NCBI GenBank assembly: GCA_030831965.1
Contig: JAURJZ010000080.1
Span: 60,819-124,818, forward strand
Length of the DNA: 64,000 nucleotides
Source of the DNA: Verrucomicrobiota bacterium
GTDB lineage: Bacteria > Verrucomicrobiota > Verrucomicrobiia > Opitutales > UBA953
Direction of reading: 5' to 3'
Shown here: piece by piece, positions 56,465-64,000 of the stretch
Numbering within the stretch: position 1 is the first letter of the stretch
Layout: each line of letters begins with the position of its first letter
Made by a program: the position numbers and the translations under genes
Notes under the pieces: model-generated
Told to the model about the DNA's origin: nothing
Databases searched by the model: none
What the model saw: the letters and a program-made list of their open reading frames with translations, nothing else

Positions 56465-57958
56465 ATGGAGCGGCGCGACGATTTCCGGCAGGTGCGGCGC
56501 GAGCGGTCGCTCAACCGCTGGCTGCAGGTCGTCCTGGCGCTCGCCTTGGCCGTGGCGCTCAACCTGCTGGCGGCGAGCCCGGGCTGCCGGGTGCGCGAGG
56601 ACCTGACGGCCGACCGCCGCCACTCGCTCTCGCCAGAGGCCGCCGCGCTGGTCGCCGAGGTCGGCCGGCGCGCGCCGCCCGGCACCGCGGGCTGGGTGAC
56701 CGTCGTCGGGCTTGAGCCCTCGGGCGACGAGGCGGACCGGGCGGCGGGCCGCCAGGCCGCGCGCCTGATGGAGGCGGTGGCGGAAGCGGCGGGCCGGGAT
56801 GGACAAGGCTGGCTCCGGCTTGTCCGCCCGGGCTCCGCCGGCGCCGCCCAGGCCCTGGCGGAACTCGCCGCCCGCCACGGGCCGCCGCCGCCGGACGCGG
56901 CGGTGATCGCGGCATGCGGGCCGCGGCGGCGCATCCTCACCCAGGGCGAGCTGGCCGGATTGGGCGAGGCCGGCCGGGTCGAGGAGGCGCTGCTGGCGGC
57001 GCTGGTCAGCGTGGCGGACGACCGCCCGATCCTCGCCTACGTCGCGCGGGGCCACGGCGAGCTGTCGGCCGAGGACGCCTCCGGCGGCAAGGGCATGAGC
57101 CAGCTCGCCCGGCAGCTGCGGCTGGCGAACGTCGAGCTGCGCCCCCTCTCCCTCGGCGGGCCGGTCCCGCGCGACGCCTCGCTCGTCATCGTGGCCGGAC
57201 CCGCGGCGACGTTCGCGCCAGCCGAGGCCGAGATCCTGCGCTCCTACCTGCGCGAGCGGAACGGGCGCGCGCTGCTGCTCCTCGACCCGGGGCGCGAGCA
57301 CGGGCTCGACGCGGTGCTGGACGACTGGGCGGTCTTCTCGCCCGACGCCGAGGTCCGCGAGCCCGACGCCGCCCGGCGGCTGCCCGACGGCGACATCGCC
57401 CTGGCCAACCTCGACTCGCGCCTTCATCCCGTGGCGGAGGCGCTGGCCAACCCCGTGCTCCCGCTGGTGGCCGCGCGAATCAGGCCCGTCGGGTTCGACC
57501 TTGGCAGCTCGCCCGACAGCACGCTGGGCGTCTGGCAGATGGTCTACAGCTCCCAGGCCTCGTGGGGCGAGGTTGACGCGCGGCGCGAGCCCGCGCGCTT
57601 CGACCCGGCGCGCGACTTCCCGGGGCCCATCTGCGTCGCCGTCGCGGCCGAGCGCCAGCTGGGGCTCGGCACGGCCGGCCGGGGCGCCCTCGGCGGGCGC
57701 CTGGTCGTCGTCGGCACCTCGGAGATCGCCGCCAACGACCGGCTCGGCCGCGGCGGCAATCGCGCCTTCCTGCTCCAGGCCGTCCAATGGCTCGGGGGGC
57801 GGGAGCGGCCGGTCGCCATCCCCGCTCGCCCGGTGGGCAAGTTCGGCGTGACCGCCTCGGCCTCCCAGCTCGGCGCCCTGGGCTGGCGCTTCGCCCTGCT
57901 GCCGCTGGGCATCATGGCGGTCGGGCTTGCCGTCTCCGCCTGGCGGCGCAGGAGTTGA
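56465..57958 (+). CDS. GldG-like ABC-transporter auxiliary protein
   Basis: N- and C-terminal TM anchors flank a large periplasmic domain. The position after the ABC-2 ATPase and permease is canonical for GldG-like proteins. Confidence 0.7.
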   Translation: MERRDDFRQVRRERSLNRWLQVVLALALAVALNLLAASPGCRVREDLTADRRHSLSPEAAALVAEVGRRAPPGTAGWVTVVGLEPSGDEADRAAGRQAARLMEAVAEAAGRDGQGWLRLVRPGSAGAAQALAELAARHGPPPPDAAVIAACGPRRRILTQGELAGLGEAGRVEEALLAALVSVADDRPILAYVARGHGELSAEDASGGKGMSQLARQLRLANVELRPLSLGGPVPRDASLVIVAGPAATFAPAEAEILRSYLRERNGRALLLLDPGREHGLDAVLDDWAVFSPDAEVREPDAARRLPDGDIALANLDSRLHPVAEALANPVLPLVAARIRPVGFDLGSSPDSTLGVWQMVYSSQASWGEVDARREPARFDPARDFPGPICVAVAAERQLGLGTAGRGALGGRLVVVGTSEIAANDRLGRGGNRAFLLQAVQWLGGRERPVAIPARPVGKFGVTASASQLGALGWRFALLPLGIMAVGLAVSAWRRRS

Positions 57959-57965
57959 GGAGCTG

Positions 57966-59717
57966 ATGCGGCTTTCGCGCACCACCCTCCTGCTGCTCGC
58001 GGCGAACCTCGTCTGCGCGGGGCTGATTTGGCGGGCGCTCCCGACCGCCGAGGAGGCGCTCGGGCGCGGGCTCACCTTCCCGACGGTGCCGACCTCGGTG
58101 GTGATCGAGGGGCCGGCGGGCAGGATCCGGCTCGAGCGGGCCGAGGGCGGCTGGCTGATCACCGAGCCCTTCCGCTGGTCGGCGAACCCCTGGCAGGTGC
58201 AACGGCTGCTGGGGGAGCTGGCCTTGGTCCGGGAAACGCCGAGGCGGCCGGCGGCCGCCGACGCCAAGGAGCGCTGGAAGGTGACCGTGGCCGCCGAGGG
58301 CGGCGCGACGGTGGCCGCGACGGTCGTGGCCGAGACCGGGGCCAGCGGCGCCCGCTCGGCCCTGCTCGACGGGGACGGGCGCGGCGGCGCGACGGGCGGG
58401 GAGCCGCTCCTCAAGGCCCTGGCGCTCGGCGCCGAGGATTACCGCGTCGACGCCGTCTTCAGCATTCCCGCCTTCGAGGCGCGCGCGATCAGCGTGCGCC
58501 GCGCCCGGGTCGGCGGCGAGGATGTCCGCTGGGGCCTGGTGCTGGAGACCCGCGACCAGGTCGGCAAGCCCGAGCCGGCGCCCGCGTGGCGCTTCGAGGC
58601 CCCGCTCAACCTGGCCGCGGACGCGGAGCGCATGCCGCGCGCGGTCAACGCCCTGACCGACCTGCGGGTGGCGCGCTTCCTCCCGCGGCGCGAGTCGGCC
58701 GAGGCGAAGCCGCGGCTGCGCATCTCGCTCGAGGGCTCGAGCCGACGGGAGGTCCTGCTCGCCTGGGAGGCCAAGGACGGCTGGGTCGAGGCCTGCCTGG
58801 AGGACAATCCGGGGCAGCCCTTCCTCGTGGAGGCGAAATCCCTCGCCCTCTGGGAGGACGCCGTGGCCGAGCTGCGCTCGCGCCAACCCTGCGACTTTGA
58901 TCCCGCCGGGGCGACGGGCGTGACGCTGACCCACCTCTCGGACCAACGCACCCTGACCTTGCACCGGCTTGAGACGACAGGCGCGGCGGGGCGCTGGGAG
59001 ATGCCCGTCGTGCCGGGCTCAACCGCCACGCGCCGCCTCGAGGTCAGCGTCGGGCGGGTCCAGCAGTTCCTGCGCCTTCTCACCGGCCTCCGCGCCGGCG
59101 ACGGCCGCGAGGCCGCCCCGACGCCGGGTCTCGACTGGCACCGCGTGGAGATCGACTTCGCCGGGGGCAAGCTCGCCTACGAGATGGCGGCCGAGGCCGG
59201 CCGCGTGCTGGTGCGCGCGCCCGGCGGCCCGGCCCTGGCCTGCCCGACCGACCAGCCGATGGCCCGGTGGCTGTCCGTGCTTCCGGAAAATTGGCGCACC
59301 GAGACCATCGCCCGGCTCCCGGCTGGGTCGCAGGTGGCGCGCCTCGAGATTCTCGCGTCCGACGGCAAGATCCTGGCCCTCGCGCGGCTCGGCGACGGCG
59401 GACGGTGGCTGGCCGAGGGCGAGATCAACGCAAGCCAGGCGGCCGGGCTCGCCGAGAGGCTGGCCCACGTGCAGGCGCGCGCCTTCGCGCCGGATGCGCC
59501 CCCGACCGGCACGGGCGCGCCCGCCTGGAGGCTGACCCTGCGGGTGACCGACCGCTCCGCCGCCGGCGGCGCCGGGGCGAGCGAGGCGACTCGCGCCTAT
59601 CGGTGCGCCGCGGGCGCGGGCCCGGGCGCGCTGCTGATGCGCGACGAATCCGACGGCACCGTCTTCCAGCCCGAGGCCGGATTGGCGGAGGCCCTGGCCC
59701 CCTGGACCCATCCCTGA
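57966..59717 (+). CDS. DUF4340-like periplasmic protein
   Basis: ATG at 57966. N-terminal anchor MRLSRTTLLLLAANLVCAGLIW. Repetitive beta-rich body. Canonical position after a GldG-like gene. The family call rests on context and memory. Confidence 0.55.
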   Translation: MRLSRTTLLLLAANLVCAGLIWRALPTAEEALGRGLTFPTVPTSVVIEGPAGRIRLERAEGGWLITEPFRWSANPWQVQRLLGELALVRETPRRPAAADAKERWKVTVAAEGGATVAATVVAETGASGARSALLDGDGRGGATGGEPLLKALALGAEDYRVDAVFSIPAFEARAISVRRARVGGEDVRWGLVLETRDQVGKPEPAPAWRFEAPLNLAADAERMPRAVNALTDLRVARFLPRRESAEAKPRLRISLEGSSRREVLLAWEAKDGWVEACLEDNPGQPFLVEAKSLALWEDAVAELRSRQPCDFDPAGATGVTLTHLSDQRTLTLHRLETTGAAGRWEMPVVPGSTATRRLEVSVGRVQQFLRLLTGLRAGDGREAAPTPGLDWHRVEIDFAGGKLAYEMAAEAGRVLVRAPGGPALACPTDQPMARWLSVLPENWRTETIARLPAGSQVARLEILASDGKILALARLGDGGRWLAEGEINASQAAGLAERLAHVQARAFAPDAPPTGTGAPAWRLTLRVTDRSAAGGAGASEATRAYRCAAGAGPGALLMRDESDGTVFQPEAGLAEALAPWTHP

Positions 59718-59720
59718 GCG

Positions 59721-62342
59721 ATGGAGCAGGCAGCGCCGACCCTGGGACGGCGGCGACTCCGCACGGTGCTCGTCCGGACCCTGCTCATCCTGACGCTGCT
59801 CCCGCAGCTGGGCATCCTGTGGGTGCTGCACCGCCCCTCGCCGACCTCGCTGCCGGCCGGATTGGTGACGCTGGCGATCGAGGGGGGCATGGACATGACG
59901 ACGGCGGAGGTGGAGCGGGTGACGCTCGACAACCGCGGCGTGCTGCGCCTGCAGGGCCTGCGCCTGCGCCACCCGGAGGAGCGGGGGCTGCGGGGGATTC
60001 GGGCGGGGGTCGGCGACATCGTGCAAGCCGACCTGGATGTCACCCTCGCGCCCGCCTGGCGCGACTGGATCCTGCTGCGTCCCTCGACCCCGGCGCTCCG
60101 CGCGCAGGGTCGGGTCGGCGCCGACAACCCCTCCCGCGCCCGACCCTTGCTCGACCGCGTGGACCTCAGGATGGAGGCCGACCGCGGCATGGTGGCGGTC
60201 GCGCGCGCGGGCGCGTTCCACCTGCGGGCGGAGGCCGGCGGGGCGTGGGGCGCACCCGGCGGCGGCGGCGACCTGAACGCGCGGGCGCGGGCGCTGGAGC
60301 CGGTTGTCGCGGCCCTGGCCGAGCTGCGGAATTTCGAGGGCGGGGCCGAGCTGGCGGCCGGCAACGACCGCGTCCGGCTCGAGGCTTCGGGGCGGATGCG
60401 CGAGGGGGCTTCGCTGCGCAACCTTCAGGTGGGCGGATGGGAGCTGCCGGCCGGCGCGGGCGGCTTCAGCCTGAGCGCCGAGGCGACGGCGCAGGGCGCG
60501 ACCGTGCGGCTCAAGGCAAGGGAGATCAGGCTGGGCGAGGCGAGGCTGGCCACCGCGTCGCTCGCGATCGACGGCGGCGCCTTTCGCCTGGCGGCCGACG
60601 GCCTGGATGTCGCCGGCATCGGCGGGGGCGGCTGCGTGCTCGAGGGAAGGCTGCTCGGATCGGGAGTCTCCGACCGCTGGGGCCTCGCCGCTCGGCTCGC
60701 CGGCGAGCTGGGGGAATCGCGCCTAGCCGCGAGGCTGAGCCTCTCCGACAACAGCCTGCGGGTCTCGGAGCTGAACCTGGCGGCGCCCGCCCGCGACCTC
60801 GTGCGCCTGCCGGGCCTGGGGGAGTTCCTGCGCGGCGCCGGGGTGGACTTCGCCGGAAGGGTTGAGATGGCCGACGCGCAGGCCTTGGTCGCGCACGGCC
60901 GGCTCGTCGGGGCGTCCGGGCGGTTTGCGGCGACCCAGGCCGGCTGGGGCGACATCCGGCCGTCCTCCATCCGCCCCGAGCGGCCCGCCTCCGCGCTGAG
61001 CGGACGGTGGTCGGTCGACGCCCAGGGCGGCACCTTCCTGCTCGACGACCTCGACCTGGCCGGGCTGCGCGGCTCGATCGGCGGAGGCCTGCGCAAGGGC
61101 GAGCCTTACGAGGTGCGCCTGCGCTCGACCGAGGGCAACCCGGTCCACCCCGGGTGCCTCAACTCGCTGCTGGGCGAATGGTGGGTCGAGCTCTGGCGGC
61201 GCTTCGACCTGAGCACGACCGGCGCCGCGCCCCACGCCGAGGTGGTCGTGCTCGGCAAATGGGGAGAGCCAAGCGCGGAGCGGGTGGTGGTGTCGGCCGC
61301 GCTGGAGAACTTCGGCTTCATGGGCGCCCGCTTCGCGTCGACGCGCGCGCGGGTCGAGGCGACGCCGGCCGAGACTCGGGTGCGCATCGACGAGCTCACG
61401 GGGTTGCTCGACGGCAAGCCTGCGGGAACCGCGCGCGGCCTGGTGCGCTGGGATTGGAGGAATCCCGCCTGGGGCGGGCGACCCGAGATTCTCGCGGAAG
61501 GCGACCTTGAGCCGGCCTGCGCCCTGCGCCTCCACGACCCGAGCCAGGCCCAACGCCTGCGGGGATGGACCTTCGGCCTGCCCTGGACCAAGGTGCGAAT
61601 CACGCCGGGCAAGCCGACCGAGGTCGAGCTGCTCACAGGCGAGGCCTCCCGGCTCGGAGGCGTGTCAGTCGGGCCGATGCGCCTGCGCCTATCCCAGCCG
61701 GCCGAGCCCGGGGACCCGGTGGACCTGAGGCTGGAGGCGGCCTTCGCCGGAGGCCGACTGGAACTGGATCTGAGCGGCAACCTATCCGACAACAACCAGG
61801 TGAGGCGCCTGGCCCTGGTCGATGTCTGGTGGGCCGACCTCCGGAAAGCCCTTCCCGATCTCCCGGGGGAGCGAGCCGCCGGGACAAACTCAGACCCCGC
61901 CTCCCTGAGCGCGGACTTCCAAGGTCGGGTGGACCTGGGGCGCATCAACCAGGCCGAGGGCCGGGGCAACTTCCTGCTCAAGGACCCCCGCCTCAAGACC
62001 GTCCACTTGCTGGGGGGCATCTCCCAGGCCCTCGGGTCCCTGGGCATCGACTTCTCGACCTACCCCCTGACGGAGGCCTCCGGTACCTTCACCTTGAAGG
62101 CCGGCAGGGCCGAACTGGCCCCCCTGAGGCTACGGGGAGAGGATGCGGTGATGGAGCTTCAAGGGGGGGTTGACCTCGGTGATGGTCAACTTGACCTAAG
62201 GGGGGAGTTTCGCCTAAGAAAGTCACCCTGGGGAATCCTCGGCTACATAAATCCTAACCGATTGATAGCAAAGGCTTTAAAGATTAGGATTCGGGGCACG
62301 TTGCAGGCACCGGAGGCAAGTTTGGAAGCGCGGCCGTTTTAA
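59721..62342 (+). CDS. Large AsmA-like envelope protein (873 aa)
   Basis: N-terminal anchor (LVRTLLILTLLPQLGILWVL) and a long repetitive beta-rich body. C-terminus FLLKDPRLKTVHLLGGISQALG...LRGEDAVMELQGGVDLGDGQLDLRGEF resembles the AsmA-like C-terminal region. Confidence 0.6.
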   Translation: MEQAAPTLGRRRLRTVLVRTLLILTLLPQLGILWVLHRPSPTSLPAGLVTLAIEGGMDMTTAEVERVTLDNRGVLRLQGLRLRHPEERGLRGIRAGVGDIVQADLDVTLAPAWRDWILLRPSTPALRAQGRVGADNPSRARPLLDRVDLRMEADRGMVAVARAGAFHLRAEAGGAWGAPGGGGDLNARARALEPVVAALAELRNFEGGAELAAGNDRVRLEASGRMREGASLRNLQVGGWELPAGAGGFSLSAEATAQGATVRLKAREIRLGEARLATASLAIDGGAFRLAADGLDVAGIGGGGCVLEGRLLGSGVSDRWGLAARLAGELGESRLAARLSLSDNSLRVSELNLAAPARDLVRLPGLGEFLRGAGVDFAGRVEMADAQALVAHGRLVGASGRFAATQAGWGDIRPSSIRPERPASALSGRWSVDAQGGTFLLDDLDLAGLRGSIGGGLRKGEPYEVRLRSTEGNPVHPGCLNSLLGEWWVELWRRFDLSTTGAAPHAEVVVLGKWGEPSAERVVVSAALENFGFMGARFASTRARVEATPAETRVRIDELTGLLDGKPAGTARGLVRWDWRNPAWGGRPEILAEGDLEPACALRLHDPSQAQRLRGWTFGLPWTKVRITPGKPTEVELLTGEASRLGGVSVGPMRLRLSQPAEPGDPVDLRLEAAFAGGRLELDLSGNLSDNNQVRRLALVDVWWADLRKALPDLPGERAAGTNSDPASLSADFQGRVDLGRINQAEGRGNFLLKDPRLKTVHLLGGISQALGSLGIDFSTYPLTEASGTFTLKAGRAELAPLRLRGEDAVMELQGGVDLGDGQLDLRGEFRLRKSPWGILGYINPNRLIAKALKIRIRGTLQAPEASLEARPF

Positions 62343-62463
62343 ACTCTTAAAACACTAATAAGCAATGGTTTATGCATAATTAAACCCCGCCTAGATAATG
62401 GGGTTGATTTCGGAGAAGGTTAAAGGGTATGTAGACCCACCTCACTCCAACCGAGGCCCTCCC

Positions 62464-62943
62464 TTGGACATCCAAAAAATCAAGCAGGTCGTGGAACTGA
62501 TGAAGAAGTCGGAGCTATCCGAGTTCGAGTTCCAGGAACAGGACTTCAAGCTGCGCATCAAGCGCGACACCCCGGGCAGGACTCTGGCCACCCCCGCCCC
62601 CGCCCCGGCGGCCGCCTCCGCCCCCCTGGCGGCGGCTCCGGTCCCCGCCCCCGTGGCGTCCGTCCCGACAGCCGCCCCCGCCCCCGCGGCGGCCGACCCC
62701 TCGGTCAAGGTGATCACCTCCCCCATGGTCGGCACCTTCTACGCCTCGCCCGCCCCGGACGCCCCCCCGTTCGTCGGGGTCGGCAGCCAGGTCAAGGCCG
62801 ACAGCGTCGTTTGCATCATCGAGGCGATGAAGGTGATGAACGAGATCCAGGCCGAGATCGCGGGCAGCGTGGTCGAGTGCCTGGTCGCCACCGGCACCTC
62901 GGTCGAGTTCGGCCAGCCGCTCTTCCGCGTGAAGGTCAGCTGA
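62464..62943 (+). CDS. accB: Acetyl-CoA carboxylase biotin carboxyl carrier protein
   Basis: [23 protein letters not shown] (typical AccB N-terminus, TTG start at 62464; an alternative ATG lies at 62398). Pro/Ala linker. Biotinylation motif EAMKVMNEI. Confidence 0.9.
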   Translation: MDIQKIKQVVELMKKSELSEFEFQEQDFKLRIKRDTPGRTLATPAPAPAAASAPLAAAPVPAPVASVPTAAPAPAAADPSVKVITSPMVGTFYASPAPDAPPFVGVGSQVKADSVVCIIEAMKVMNEIQAEIAGSVVECLVATGTSVEFGQPLFRVKVS

Positions 62944-62956
62944 ACCGCCCTCCCGC

Positions 62957-64000
<1,044 letters not shown>

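Noticed and set aside
62398-62463. ATG at 62398 as the accB start, adding MGLISEKVKGYVDPPHSNRGPP.
   Set aside because: The AccB-family N-terminus normally begins at the (M)DIxKIK segment, which here follows the TTG at 62464, with a GAGG about 10 nt upstream. The extension has no counterpart that I know. The start remains uncertain.

Overview
This is a visibly very GC-rich, densely coding chromosomal segment (GC was not computed). The gene content suggests a PVC-superphylum bacterium, probably Verrucomicrobiota/Opitutae-like, because of the DUF1549/DUF1553 + DUF1501 pair, the GldA/F/G-like ABC system with DUF4340, and the many lipoproteins; this taxonomic call is inference only.

I support about 63 protein-coding genes, almost all housekeeping or envelope functions:
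- Amino acid, nucleotide and central metabolism: argH, carB, pyk, aroB.
- Cofactors: folB-folK, ribB-type fusion + ribH, thiS-thiE-thiG.
- Information processing and cell division: nusB, ftsY, xseA, tlyA, trmB, an ftsB-like gene.
- Lipid synthesis: accB-accC.
- Envelope: a TolC-MacA-MacB efflux operon.

Many genes are joined by ATGA/GTGA start-stop overlaps, so the operons are tight. I found no rRNA, tRNA, CRISPR array, transposase, integrase, or recognisable defence or toxin-antitoxin genes. The many very long ORFs in the track (up to 1366 aa) that lie antisense to or out of frame with recognisable genes are high-GC artefacts.

I see no clear-cut new system, and most of the window is ordinary core genome. 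The items most worth follow-up are:
1. A ~9 kb fatty-acid modification supercluster (11.1-20.3 kb): two CFA-synthase-family methyltransferases, an FAD amine-oxidase-like protein, DUF1365, DUF1475-like, DUF2062, DUF1295, a desaturase, an embedded TrmO-like gene and an aldose-epimerase-fold gene. It lies divergent from an ECF sigma/anti-sigma/PDZ module and resembles, but extends, the furan/methylated fatty-acid loci known from alphaproteobacteria.
2. A structured palindromic intergenic repeat family with two copies (7.9-8.2 kb and 14.16-14.41 kb). The second copy splits that lipid cluster and supplies the stop codon of the TrmO-like gene.
3. An 806-aa lipoprotein with no domain I can name (45.06-47.48 kb).
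4. A five- or six-gene envelope cluster: TPR-like protein, ABC-2 exporter, GldG-like protein, DUF4340 and an 873-aa AsmA-like protein.
5. A sharply AT-rich island covering the 3' end of the AsmA-like gene and the accB leader.
6. A single-base frameshift in a YugP-type zinc peptidase gene.
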